NCBI GenBank assembly: GCA_039798785.1
Contig: JBDKFG010000004.1
Location: forward strand, 48,562-112,561
DNA: 64,000 bases
Reading direction: 5' to 3'
From: Verrucomicrobiota bacterium
GTDB lineage: Bacteria; Verrucomicrobiota; Lentisphaeria; Lentisphaerales; Lentisphaeraceae
In this document: positions 1 to 10,647 of the stretch, piece by piece
Layout of the letters: each line of letters opens with the position of its first letter
Position numbering within the stretch: the stretch's first letter is position 1
Notes under the pieces: model-generated
Seen by the model: the letters and a program-made list of their open reading frames with translations, nothing else
The model's database searches: none
What the model was told of the DNA's origin: nothing
Translations under genes and position numbers: made by a program

Positions 1-54
1 TTTCGACTTGTAATGAAGATGGATACATGATCTTATTTGCTGTCCGCCCCTTGA

Positions 55-1590
55 GCTATGAGAAAACCAAGATCCTATCAGTGGGCTGATGAGGCCATTG
101 GAGGAGGGGAGAGAGAACAAAGAGAAGGGGATAAATGATGGAGGCAAGGCCTGAGCTCGGGGCTTAACTTTGGGGCTAATAGGAAACCAAGAATGATCAG
201 AGGAGGCCGTGACGCTCCTAAAGGTGTCAGTGATAACAAAGAGAGAGATTGATGATGGATACCAAACCGATGATGGAAGCTCGACCTTTGGAGCTAATAG
301 GAAATCAAGAAAGATCAGATGATGCACAAGCTTCGCTTGAAGGGTGTGATAACAAAGAGAGTGATTAATGATGGATACCAGTGTCGTCGCTGGAAACTCG
401 ACCTTGTGGCTAATAGGAAACCAACCAAGAATGAACAGAGGCTGCAACGCGCCAGAATGGTGTCAGTGATAACAAAGAGAGTGATTAATGATGGATACCA
501 GTGTCGTCGCTGGAAGCTCGACCTATGTAGCTAATAGAAAACCAAGAATGATCAGAGGCGATTCAACTTCCATATTTGCAGGCCATCGAGACAAAGATTT
601 CGATTGATGATGTCGGCGCCTTCAGATGATTGTCCGGTGCGGCTAATAGAAAACCAAGAATGATCAGAGGAGATCACCCTCGATTGAAGGTTCTATTGAC
701 AATAAAAGGCAGGCGCCAGAAGCTCGACCTATGTCGCTAATAGAAAACCAAGAATGATCAGAGGAGGTTATCCTCCTGGTTGAAAGGTGCCACTGAGAAC
801 AAAGATGGTGATCGATGACGGGACCAAAGGATTTGTCAGTCGTTCGTCGTTGATGCTCATAGAAAACCAAGAACGATCAGAGGATGTCATCCTCCTGGCT
901 GAACGGTGCTACTGAGAACAAAGATGGTGATCGGATGACGGGATCATAGGATTCGTTAGTCTCTCGCCTTGGATGCTCATAGAAAACCAAGAACGATCAG
1001 AGGAGCTTGATTCGATAAATGATGGAGACAGAAAAAAATGAATGTCTTGATGAAGTCGCTCACGGTTCAGGCGCTCGACCTTGGCTGCTCATAGAAAGCC
1101 AAGAATGATCAGAGAGGGCAATCTCCTGATGAAGGAATAGGTGAGAGGTGAAGACTGACGAGATGAGATATGGAGCGACCGCCATCACTCGTTCGACCTT
1201 GCAGCTACTAGAAAACCAAGATTGATCAGTCAGGGTGTCGAGGCGATGAGCGAGGCCAGAGAAACAAAGGTGGCATGAGGTTGAGTGAAGTGTGACCGTC
1301 TCCAGATTGTTCGACCAAGGTAAGCTATTAGAAAACCAAGAATGATCGGAGCGGGCGCCAGCGATGAAGGGGGCATTGAAAACAAAGATGGGTGAAGGTT
1401 GTTGCTTTGCGTGACTGGCCTCAGCGGCTCGACAGGCAGCTGATAGAAAAACCAAGAACAATCAGGTTGTTGTGGAAGATCGATGAGAAAGCCTGGTCAA
1501 AATAAAAAAAGTGATGGAACTCGGGTAAGTCATGTCCTGCACTCGTCACTCGTCCTGGCAGCTGATAGAAAACCAAGAACGAATCATAAG
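55..1590 (+). repeat. Regularly spaced non-coding repeat array, ~28-bp core GCTnATAGAAAACCAAGAATGATCAGAGG, period ~112-122 bp
   Basis: Core copies start at 55, 175, 293, 409, 530, 642, 736, 855, 975, 1087, 1204, 1324, 1439 and 1561 (one short 94-bp unit). Semi-conserved AACAAAGA mid-unit and CTCGACCT before the core. Degenerate copies probably continue near 1800 and 1920. Confidence 0.93.
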
Positions 1591-2480
1591 GCAGACCGCC
1601 ACGATGGAGTCCGGTTTGCAATAAAAAATAAGATGAAGATTAAATGACTCAAGACCGGATCAAGTTGCTCCATCATAATTATTATATAGATCCATCAATC
1701 GATAAGACTCGAATCCGCCTCTGATGGAATCCAGGTTGAAACTGAATCGCCCTTGGAAATGTGCAGCATGAAGCCAAGGCATGCCGCTCGATCCTATCTC
1801 TTTTATAAAATTCAAATTGATCAAAATGAGATCCCGCCATGAAGAAGGCCAAGGATAAATTTTAAGATCGGTGAATCTTTGATTGCCACGACCCTAGGCC
1901 AGGCACTCGATCCGTGCTCTTATAAAAAGTCAAGTATGATTATCATGTGCTCATCATCAACTAGTCCAGAGATCTTTGATCAAGGTCTGGAATCGACAAG
2001 AATAATTCATATACTACATTGGATTTAGATATAATGGGAAATTTTGAAATCTCTATAATGTCATATAATGGGAGCAATAAAACAATCAACTAGATCGCGA
2101 CAGTCAAAGGTGTCGATATGAGATCATAAGGGCTCAACTGGAAATTTACCAATAACAAACATTGTCTCTAAATTTAATGGTCACAAGTAAATTTTTCAAA
2201 TGTCAATATCTTACACACGTCTTGAAATAATTATATAAATTGAACACTTCATTTATTTTGATTGTCATGTACAAATTGCAATCTAATAATGGCGACATGT
2301 TTCAGAAATATTCAGTATCTATGATCCACTTCTTGAGCCATCTGATCCGACTTCATGGCCACAGACAAACAATCTGATGAAGGAACAAAATCAAAAACAT
2401 CGAGCTCAAATTTTTAGCACTATTAGCCAACTCATAGCCTCAGAGAAATAAGCCATTGAAGGAACAAAAACAAAAAACCT

Positions 2481-2670
2481 TTAACCACATATTGAGAAAA
2501 TCATGACGCTCTTGAACCACATAAAAAACACCGAACGAAGCGGCCAAGGACGGATCGCTTTAACCCCATGTTGAGCTATCCATGACGCCATTGAACCCCA
2601 TAAAAAACACCGAACGAAGCGGCCAAAGACAGAGCGTTTTAGCCCCATGTTGAGCAAATCTTGACCCCAT
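2481..2670 (+). repeat. 79-bp tandem repeat (~2.4 copies) upstream of the mobilisation genes
   Basis: Units start at 2481, 2560 and 2639 and share TTARCCMCATRTTGAG. The two full units also share CATAAAAAACACCGAACGAAGCGGCCAA. Confidence 0.85.
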
Positions 2671-2757
2671 TCAGAGCCAACGAAATCCAAGAGCAGAACC
2701 CCATGATCTGGCCCCAGAATCTCAGCGCCATACGTGTACGCACACGCGAGCAAGATC

Positions 2758-2776
2758 GCCAAATTTAAAATTTGGC
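2758..2776. promoter_or_regulatory. Perfect inverted repeat, candidate oriT or operator hairpin
   Basis: GCCAAATTT-A-AAATTTGGC lies ~70 bp upstream of the RHH/relaxase operon. Confidence 0.4.
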
Positions 2777-2848
2777 CTCGGACAGCCCTTGACAGTGCCG
2801 TGTCCTCGAACTACACTGGACTCGGTCAGGCCTCGTCCAGGAACAAAC

Positions 2849-3010
2849 ATGGCAGCACGCATCACACTCACGCTCACAGCCCAAGCAGCTCTCGCAGAGC
2901 TCGCTGAGATCCGTCGCTGCAGTGAGACCAACGCTATCGAATACGCTCTTCTGTTGGCTCTAGACCGAGCTAGAAACATAACTGAGCTCGATGGTGATGA
3001 CGATGAATAA
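2849..3010 (+). CDS. Small ribbon-helix-helix-like protein, probable relaxase accessory factor
   Basis: ATG at 2849 after AGGAAC. Beta-strand RITLTL followed by two helices. The stop overlaps the relaxase ATG at 3003. Confidence 0.55.
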   Translation: MAARITLTLTAQAALAELAEIRRCSETNAIEYALLLALDRARNITELDGDDDE

Positions 3011-4658
3011 GCCATCAGCCGTTTTCAAAAAGGTCAGATCGCTGGAGACGACCAAGATTGACTATCTTGACGAAAAGTCGAAAATGCACAATGACTATCA
3101 TGAGCGCAAATCTCAACGAAAAAAAGAAATTAATCAATCAGCTCAAAATTTAACAAATTATATCAACAAAGAAAACAACAACCAAGAAGCGGTCGGGAAA
3201 ATTTTTGCCGGTGGCTACTTCCGGACCATCCTGGCGCATCGATTCGGCAAAGCACCTGAGTCGGTTAAAAATGACATACTTAATCTCGAGCTGCAATCGC
3301 TAATAACGCAAGCTGGCGTAAAGCATGGTGCCTATCGAGGACATGTCGGGGTCCACGCTCTTATCTCGCTTTCTCCTGAGGCCGAGAAGAAAATCGCTGA
3401 GGCCGGTGGTGACATCGATCGTACTCTCCATCGTATTGTAACGAAAACTATGAAGGCATTTAATGCCAAGTTCCATCCAGGAGAAAAAATCGGCTACGCA
3501 TTCTCGATTCATCATGATACTGACAATCGTCATGCTCACATCTACCTGTCAAACAAGACGGATCGTGGTAGCTATATAGCGACTAGCGACGGGCTGAAAA
3601 ATAAAAAAGATGTGAAGAGAAAGAAAGAGCGCGAGAATATCCTCGAATACCTTCGTGTGACGACTGATTCTTTCACGAATTCGGCAATTGAAGAGTTAGA
3701 AAAAAACTCAGAAGAGAAGTACAACTGCGGCCAACGGATTGAATTTTTGCGATCGCAGCTAGATGGCCTTTGCTTCGGCGCCTTGATGCGCTCTGAAGCC
3801 AGGATCCAAGAACTAATTTCAGCTCGCAGAAAAGCTGAAGATCGCCTACGTGAAGAACAATTCCGTCACCGCAAGGAAATGGATTATGCGCTCTTCCGAA
3901 ACTCAATCTATCGTAGTCAACTAGATCAATATTATCGCGATCTGGAAGCTAATAAGGATGTCTCAAGATACAACATAAGAGAGCTTTCAGACTTCTATTT
4001 GAATCGTATATATAAGAATGAAAAAAATGAATCAGATCGAAATTATCTTGATTATTTGAAATGCAATAAAACTATTGTTACAACTATGATGTTTAACGAG
4101 AATATTCGACACAAATTAGCATTGTCAAGGATAAATAGAGATATAAATGATTTGAATAATTCAGTTAAAAATCAAAATAAATTCTCGACTCGAATTTTGA
4201 ATCAAATTGAAAAATCAAGTATGGCTTCTGTGTCTCATTCAGTGATTGAATTGGCTGCAAAGAATGCAGCTTTAGAGTATGCGAAGTCTAATGATACTGA
4301 TCTTGCTAAAGATGTATATATAAAATCTATGACATCGCTTTCTAAGTCTCATAAAATTGAGAAATATAGGAATAGTAACTGCGTAAATTCACCTAAATAT
4401 AAAGTGATTGGAATTAGCGGCAATCCTTATAATCCACTTTCTAAATCTGTTATTTCAAATGATAAAATGAGAGAAATTTTGAAACGGTCTAGTCAGCTAA
4501 GTTGGAGTATTTATGACAACAAAACGAAAGCTGAAGATATTTCTTATAAACAATCTGAATCTAATACGAAAACTATCGTTGTAAGTCAAGACATAAATCA
4601 CAAAAAAGATAGTAGTTTAGACCAAAACAACACAAGGAAACATGGTCGTGGAATCTGA
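2991..4658 (+). CDS. MOB-P/VirD2-like HUH relaxase
   Basis: Catalytic-Tyr-like motif TNYI, motif II HALISLS and motif III HHDTDNRHAHIYL. Coiled-coil C-terminal half and basic RKHGRGI tail. Likely start at 3003. Confidence 0.85.
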   Translation: MVMTMNKPSAVFKKVRSLETTKIDYLDEKSKMHNDYHERKSQRKKEINQSAQNLTNYINKENNNQEAVGKIFAGGYFRTILAHRFGKAPESVKNDILNLELQSLITQAGVKHGAYRGHVGVHALISLSPEAEKKIAEAGGDIDRTLHRIVTKTMKAFNAKFHPGEKIGYAFSIHHDTDNRHAHIYLSNKTDRGSYIATSDGLKNKKDVKRKKERENILEYLRVTTDSFTNSAIEELEKNSEEKYNCGQRIEFLRSQLDGLCFGALMRSEARIQELISARRKAEDRLREEQFRHRKEMDYALFRNSIYRSQLDQYYRDLEANKDVSRYNIRELSDFYLNRIYKNEKNESDRNYLDYLKCNKTIVTTMMFNENIRHKLALSRINRDINDLNNSVKNQNKFSTRILNQIEKSSMASVSHSVIELAAKNAALEYAKSNDTDLAKDVYIKSMTSLSKSHKIEKYRNSNCVNSPKYKVIGISGNPYNPLSKSVISNDKMREILKRSSQLSWSIYDNKTKAEDISYKQSESNTKTIVVSQDINHKKDSSLDQNNTRKHGRGI

Positions 4659-5016
4659 AATTAGACAACAATTTATCCAGTTTCAAAAAACTGTTTTCGA
4701 TATAAATGATATTCTTATTTTTAAGTTAGAATTTGATCAGGTTATCGAATCTAGGGTTCTTTACATCTTCCTAAGATCCAAGGTTGAACCGATTGTTTTT
4801 GTTGACCATGCGGAGCAATTTTATATCTTCCTTGAGACCCTTGTTTGTGCGGTTGATGTCAATAAGCAGGTCTTACAATTTCAGGATAAAACGAAAGTGG
4901 AGAAAGCCTCTTCTGTTGGGCCTGTACCGTCAAAGGAAGAAGCAGATGGCGAAGACTACGAAGAAGAGGAAGATCTTGATGCCCTTTTGAATGCAAAAAG
5001 CACTCGAGAGTTTTAG
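4642..5016 (+). CDS. Hypothetical protein with acidic C-terminus
   Basis: 124-aa ORF overlapping the relaxase end, with the same AT-rich composition. Confidence 0.6.
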   Translation: MVVESEIRQQFIQFQKTVFDINDILIFKLEFDQVIESRVLYIFLRSKVEPIVFVDHAEQFYIFLETLVCAVDVNKQVLQFQDKTKVEKASSVGPVPSKEEADGEDYEEEEDLDALLNAKSTREF

Positions 5017-5351
5017 CGTCTAAAAATCAGAAATAACTTGGTCTCGATGCCTTCAGCGCTTTCACCTGGTGGGTGCAATGGAGTCAGCTGCGATCCCCCG
5101 CAGTGCACTCCTCTTATCATCGCCGCCAAGACCAAGGTTCACAAAGCCTTCCGCGCCTTAGGTGCAGGCACTCACACGTGAGACCTTAATAGGCCACTTT
5201 TTGCACAGCAATCGTGCAGGATGGATGAAGGCGAGGGCATTTATATCTTGGATTTGGCCATCGTCCCAGGGAGAAAAACTTCGCAGACTTCGCAGAGCAT
5301 CTTGATTCATTTAGTAACGAAGCGTGTTATGGTGGCGGCTTAACAGCAAAG

Positions 5352-8300
5352 GTGTCTATGAAATCCTCCGTCGAAGTCCGTCAACAGATCGAAGACACCC
5401 TCCGCCTTGACCTGGTCGGGCCGGACAACGAGCACCCGTTTGCGAAGGAGCTGATCCCGGAATCACCGACGCGCTGGTACCTCTGTGGTTTCCTGATGCC
5501 GAAGGACACGCCGGCGGAGCAGCGCAGCACCGCGGATGCCGATGACGAGATCGACTCGGCGCCGGTTTCACCCAATGCCGATGATGCCGGGCCGATGGAC
5601 CGCGGCGCAGGAGGCAAGAGTTTGTTTCCGGCTTCCTTCGGCCTCAGCTTGCTGCTGCCGGAGAAGGTCAAGGAATTGGAAGTCCAGGTCGACTGGGGCG
5701 ATTATCACTTCGAGGGCGAGGGTGAAGCTCCTGCCGACGACGGCACGGAAGGGGAGGGGAACACTCCCTCTTTCGAAGAAACCGGGGGTGAAGTCCGTGA
5801 AGATGTGAAAGGCAAGAACAAGGGATTCCGTCGCCACCCGCAGACGCGCCGCTTCTCCCTCAAGCTCAATGGTGAGCTGATTTCCCACGCGGTCCCCGAC
5901 AGCGGCGGCCTCAGGTTGGAGGGAGTTCTGCGCTCGCCGCAACAGGACTGGGAAGGCGAAGGCAAGCTCCCCAAGGGCGTCCGCAGCCTCAGCCTCTTTC
6001 TCGTCAATGAACGCGATCCGACTCCCGAGCGGCGCTATCAATCAGCGGCCTATCAAGTCCAGATGCGGCTCCGCTGCGCGACCGGTTTCGTTCCTCGTCC
6101 CGACTTGCGTGACGGCGGCGACGACCAGGATCAGCGCATCGCCGACATTCAATATCGCGACCAACATGAATATGGCGTCGGCCACGGCTGCGCGGTCGAG
6201 TGGGAAGATCAGGACGGTGTCTGCCGCGAAGTGAGAAGCTGCTGGATCCCGCGGGCCGAAGTGGAGCGGGTCGAACCCAACGAAGCGATCTCCGGCGCGG
6301 TGCTTGGCATGGAGGCCTTGGCGGATCTGAAGGAGCCGCAGGCTCTTGCCTCGGCCTTGCGCCCCCTGGCCACGGCCTACGGTTCCTGGATCGAAGCGCA
6401 GGCGTCTCATTTGAAGGGATTTAGCAAGGACCAGAAGGAGACGGCTGCCGAGATGCTCGCCGCGGCGAGATCCGCGCGCAGCCGGATGGAAGCCGGCATC
6501 GAGCTGCTGGTCGAAGATGGGGAAGCCCGCGAGGCTTTCTGGCGGGCCAATCTGGCGATGGCCCAGGCCAACCGGCAACGCAACGCCCAGAGCGCGCGCT
6601 GTCCGCCGGCCCAGGTCAAGGCGCCGCAGTGGCGTCCCTTCCAGCTTGCCTTCATCCTGATGAACCTGCGCGGCCTCGCCAAACCCGAGCACGACGACCG
6701 CGAACGGGTCGATCTGCTCTTCTTCCCCACCGGTGGCGGCAAGACCGAAGCCTATCTCGGCCTGGCCGCGTTCAACATCGTTCTCCGCCGCCTGCGCCAC
6801 CAAGGCGGCGTTCGCGGCTGCGGCATGACGGTGTTGATGCGCTACACCCTGCGCCTCCTCACCCTTGACCAGCTCGGCCGCGCCTCCGGCCTGGTCTGCG
6901 CCCTGGAATTGCAGCGACGAGATTTGGAAAGTCGTGGGTTGCCTGCGACTCTCGGCACCTGGCCCTTCGAGATCGGCCTCTGGGTCGGCAGCGCCGCCAC
7001 TCCCAACCGCCTCGGTCACCAAGGTTACAACGGCCCTGGGGCCGACGAAACCGCTCACATCAAGGCCTCGCGTTTCAATCGCGACAGCAAGCGCCATCAG
7101 CCGCCGGTGCCGATGATGGCCTGCCCCTGGTGCGGCACGGAGTTCAACGAGCACACCTTCCGCATGTTCCCCAATGCCAAGACGCCGAGCCGCTTGAACA
7201 TTCACTGTGTCAACGGTGACTGTCCCTTCTCGGGCGATCACGCGCTTCCTCTGGTCGCGGTCGACGAACCGCTCTACCGGCGGCTGCCCTGCTTCGTCAT
7301 CGCCACCGTCGACAAGTTCGCTGCACTCCCCTGGACCGGGGAAGCCGGCAAGCTCTTCGGCCAGGTGGATTCCTACGATGCCGACGGCTTCTACGGTCCG
7401 TCCGAACCCAAGCCGAAGAACGGCAAGATGCTTGACGGACCTCTGCCGCCTCCCGAGTTGATCATCCAGGACGAATTGCACCTCATCTCCGGCCCGCTCG
7501 GCACCATCGCCGGCCTCTACGAAACGACTATCGAGGAGCTCTGTCGCCGTCCCGCTCCGGGCTGGAAACCCAAGATCATCGCCTCGACCGCGACGGTGCG
7601 CCGGGCGCAAGCCCAGATCCAGGCGCTTTTCGGTCGCGCCGAATCGCCCATTTTCCCACCCCCCGGACTGAACCGCCGCGACAGCTTCTTCGCCCTCACC
7701 CGCCCGGCCGAGGACGTGCCGGCCCGCCTCTATCTCGGCATCGCCGCCCAGGGCCGCAGCTTCAAGGTGGTGCTGATGCGCAGCTACCTCTGCCTCCTCG
7801 GCGCCGCGATGAAGGCCTACAACGAGAACCGCAGTGCCAAGGACAATCCCGCCGATCCCTACATGACCCTGCTCGGCTACTTCAACAGCCTGCGCGAACT
7901 CGGCGGCAGCCGCCGCATCGTCGAGGACGAGGTCCGCTCGCGTCTCGCCCTCTATGCCCGCAAGCGCCGCCTCGATCCCGAGGACAAAGGCCTCTTCGAT
8001 CCCCGCGCCCTCGACAAGGTAGTGCAGGAGCTCACCTCGCGGGTCAAGACCCATGAAGTCGCCGCCACCAAGGACGCCCTGGCCAAGCCGGCCGCCGCGC
8101 CGGATTCGGTCCCCGTCGCCCTCGCCACCAACATGATTTCGGTCGGTCTCGACATCACCCGCCTCGGCCTGATGGTGGTCCTTGGTCAGCCCAAGACCAG
8201 CTCGGAATACATCCAGTCGACCTCGCGCGTCGGTCGCGATGCCCGCAAACCCGGCCTCGTGCTCACCCTGCTCAACCTCCACCGTCCTCGCGACCGCTCG

Positions 8301-8822
8301 CATTACGAACGCTTCGGCGCCTACCACGCCAGTTTCTACCGCAGCGTCGAGGCGACCAGCGTCACGCCCTTCTCCCCGCGGGCCCTCGACCGGGCGCTCG
8401 CCCCGGCCCTCGTCGGTCTCTGCCGCCAGGGCTTCGCCGAACTCAATCCCGCCAACGGCGCGGAACGCATCGCCGAATTGCGCACGCGCTTGTCGGAGAT
8501 GGCCCGCGTCTTCGCCGCCCGCGCCGCTTCACACCGCCAGATGGAGGCCAAGGAGGCGGCCGAACTCGAACGCAAGGTGCTCAACCAGTGCGAGTCGATC
8601 CTCGATGACTGGTGCAAGACGGCGGAGCACTTCGGCAAGACCGCCACTCGCCTGCAGTACCAGCAGGAGTCCCACGGACAAGGCCAACGCCTGCTGCGCG
8701 ACTTCCTCGATCCCGAGCTGAAAAACCTGACGAAGTTCCAGCAGACCTTCAAGGCCAACCGCTCGATGCGCGACGTCGATGCCGGGGTCGGCATCCTCGT
8801 CGATGAAATGAAATCCTGGTAA
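5352..8822 (+). CDS. drmA: DISARM helicase DrmA
   Basis: SF2 motifs FPTGGGKTEAY, IIQDELHLISGPLG, STAT, ATNMISVGLDI and EYIQSTSRVGR. Followed by DUF1998 and PLD genes. Confidence 0.92.
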   Translation: MSMKSSVEVRQQIEDTLRLDLVGPDNEHPFAKELIPESPTRWYLCGFLMPKDTPAEQRSTADADDEIDSAPVSPNADDAGPMDRGAGGKSLFPASFGLSLLLPEKVKELEVQVDWGDYHFEGEGEAPADDGTEGEGNTPSFEETGGEVREDVKGKNKGFRRHPQTRRFSLKLNGELISHAVPDSGGLRLEGVLRSPQQDWEGEGKLPKGVRSLSLFLVNERDPTPERRYQSAAYQVQMRLRCATGFVPRPDLRDGGDDQDQRIADIQYRDQHEYGVGHGCAVEWEDQDGVCREVRSCWIPRAEVERVEPNEAISGAVLGMEALADLKEPQALASALRPLATAYGSWIEAQASHLKGFSKDQKETAAEMLAAARSARSRMEAGIELLVEDGEAREAFWRANLAMAQANRQRNAQSARCPPAQVKAPQWRPFQLAFILMNLRGLAKPEHDDRERVDLLFFPTGGGKTEAYLGLAAFNIVLRRLRHQGGVRGCGMTVLMRYTLRLLTLDQLGRASGLVCALELQRRDLESRGLPATLGTWPFEIGLWVGSAATPNRLGHQGYNGPGADETAHIKASRFNRDSKRHQPPVPMMACPWCGTEFNEHTFRMFPNAKTPSRLNIHCVNGDCPFSGDHALPLVAVDEPLYRRLPCFVIATVDKFAALPWTGEAGKLFGQVDSYDADGFYGPSEPKPKNGKMLDGPLPPPELIIQDELHLISGPLGTIAGLYETTIEELCRRPAPGWKPKIIASTATVRRAQAQIQALFGRAESPIFPPPGLNRRDSFFALTRPAEDVPARLYLGIAAQGRSFKVVLMRSYLCLLGAAMKAYNENRSAKDNPADPYMTLLGYFNSLRELGGSRRIVEDEVRSRLALYARKRRLDPEDKGLFDPRALDKVVQELTSRVKTHEVAATKDALAKPAAAPDSVPVALATNMISVGLDITRLGLMVVLGQPKTSSEYIQSTSRVGRDARKPGLVLTLLNLHRPRDRSHYERFGAYHASFYRSVEATSVTPFSPRALDRALAPALVGLCRQGFAELNPANGAERIAELRTRLSEMARVFAARAASHRQMEAKEAAELERKVLNQCESILDDWCKTAEHFGKTATRLQYQQESHGQGQRLLRDFLDPELKNLTKFQQTFKANRSMRDVDAGVGILVDEMKSW

Positions 8823-8835
8823 GATCGGACGCATC

Positions 8836-10647
8836 ATGGACAAACTCTCCAGCCAGCAAATGATCCTCTCCTTCGGTCCCGGAGCGATGGTCGACCTGCC
8901 CGATTCCTCGGTCCTCATCTCAGGCCTCGATTCCTGGCGCTACCCCAAGGACAACCTGCCGATCATCAAGGAGGAACGTCTCCTGGCGACGCTGAAAGCG
9001 GTGTTGAAACGCCCGGATCTCGATCACATGCGGGCGCCGCCGCGTTTCGACGACAGCCGCAGTCCCGCGGGTCAGGCCTCAGTCGGCTCGGCGGTCCACG
9101 CCCGGCGCTTCCCCAATTGGTTCGTGGTCCAGAACGAAGTGCCGCACAAGAACGCCCGTCGACGTCGCCTCGTCCACTTCAACGATCTGCAAGGCGGGGA
9201 GTTCCGCGATCCCAGCGACGACAAGAAGCGCAAGTTCCCGGTCGTCCCGGTCCGCTTCGTCCGCGCCTGCCCGAAAGGGCACATCGGCGACATCGACTGG
9301 GTCGCCCTGGTCCACCAGGAGAAATGCAGCAGCTTCCCCGAGCTCTGGCTCGAGGAGCGCGGCACTTCGGGCGAGATGGACCAGATCACCATCCTCTGCG
9401 CTAACTGCAAACAGCACCGCGAGATGGCCCGCCTCGTCCGGGGCGATGCCAAGGTGCTGGGCTTCTGCGATGGCGCCCGCCCCTGGCTCGGACCTCATGC
9501 CCGCGAGGAATGCCATCAGCCCAGCCGGCTCTTGGTGCGCAGCGCCACCAACACTTACTTCCCGGCGCATCTCTCGGTGATCTCCATCCCCGATGCCCGC
9601 GGCCCAGCCGACGAAGCGGTCGCGGCCTTGTGGGAGGACTTCCTCTCTGACGTCGAGAGCGAAGCCGAACTGGCCAAGGTTCGCAAGAAACCCAGCGTCG
9701 CCAACCGCCTCAGCGGCCTCGAGGACGGCGAAGTGTTCCAGGCGATTGAACGCAAGCGCTCCGGCGGCGAGGACTACGGCAACGTCAAGGAGTTGGAATT
9801 CGAAGCCTTCACCCAAAGCCGCCCAGGCCTCGGCGAGGATGCGCCCGATGGCGACTTCTACGCCCGTCTCCTGCCGAAGAAGGATTGGGAAGCGCCCTGG
9901 ACCCGCAGCCTGGAGAAAGTCGTCCTCGTCCACCGTCTGCGCGAGGTCAACGCCTTGGTCGGCTTCACCCGCTTGGAAGCGCCCTCGCAGGACGTCAAGG
10001 GCGGGCTCGAGGTGGACGTGCAGCGAGCCGAGATCTCCACTGAAGCGCGCTGGCTGCCGGCGATCGAGAACCGCGGCGAAGGGATCTTCCTGCAGTTCAA
10101 GGCCGCCGACATCGAGAGCTGGAAGGAACGCTCGCAGGTTTACCAACGGGGCTCGCTCCTCGCCGGCGCCTACGTAAAAGCCCTCGCCGCGCGTGGCGGT
10201 AAAGGCCCGGAATTCCCCGGCCTGCCGGTCTATCTGCTGCACAGCCTGTCGCACATCCTGATGACCCAGCTCTCTCTCGACTGCGGCTATCCCGCATCGT
10301 CGCTGAAAGAGCGCCTCTACTGCCTGCCCGGCGGACGCTATGGCATCCTCATCTTCACCGCTTCCGGCGATGCCCAGGGCACCCTCGGCGGCTTGGTCGA
10401 GGCGGGCCGCGACATCCGCCGCCATCTTCGCGCCGCCCTCGACACCGCCCGGCTCTGTTCCAATGACCCGGTCTGCTCGCATCACCACCCGCAAGCGGAG
10501 CACGGTCCGATGCACGGTGCCGCCTGCCACGGCTGCCTGCTCATCGCCGAGACCTCTTGCGAACTCCGCAACCTCTACCTCGACCGCTGCCTGCTCGTCC
10601 CCACTCTCGGCGCCAGCGGCGTCGCCTTCTTCACCGGGGATTTGTGA
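8836..10647 (+). CDS. drmB: DISARM DrmB, DUF1998 protein
   Basis: N-terminal FGPGAMVDLP, LHSLSHIL, GYPASSLKER and the C-terminal Cys cluster CSNDPVC...GAACHGC...ETSCE. Confidence 0.92.
   Translation: MDKLSSQQMILSFGPGAMVDLPDSSVLISGLDSWRYPKDNLPIIKEERLLATLKAVLKRPDLDHMRAPPRFDDSRSPAGQASVGSAVHARRFPNWFVVQNEVPHKNARRRRLVHFNDLQGGEFRDPSDDKKRKFPVVPVRFVRACPKGHIGDIDWVALVHQEKCSSFPELWLEERGTSGEMDQITILCANCKQHREMARLVRGDAKVLGFCDGARPWLGPHAREECHQPSRLLVRSATNTYFPAHLSVISIPDARGPADEAVAALWEDFLSDVESEAELAKVRKKPSVANRLSGLEDGEVFQAIERKRSGGEDYGNVKELEFEAFTQSRPGLGEDAPDGDFYARLLPKKDWEAPWTRSLEKVVLVHRLREVNALVGFTRLEAPSQDVKGGLEVDVQRAEISTEARWLPAIENRGEGIFLQFKAADIESWKERSQVYQRGSLLAGAYVKALAARGGKGPEFPGLPVYLLHSLSHILMTQLSLDCGYPASSLKERLYCLPGGRYGILIFTASGDAQGTLGGLVEAGRDIRRHLRAALDTARLCSNDPVCSHHHPQAEHGPMHGAACHGCLLIAETSCELRNLYLDRCLLVPTLGASGVAFFTGDL

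Noticed and set aside
55..1590. CRISPR array call
   Set aside because: The spacers are ~90 bp, mutually related and carry internal conserved motifs. The repeats are degenerate and non-palindromic, and no cas genes are in the window.
319..1621. ORFs within the array (SDHSWFS repeats etc.)
   Set aside because: Unit lengths are often not multiples of 3 and the frames break between units, so these are by-products of the repeat.
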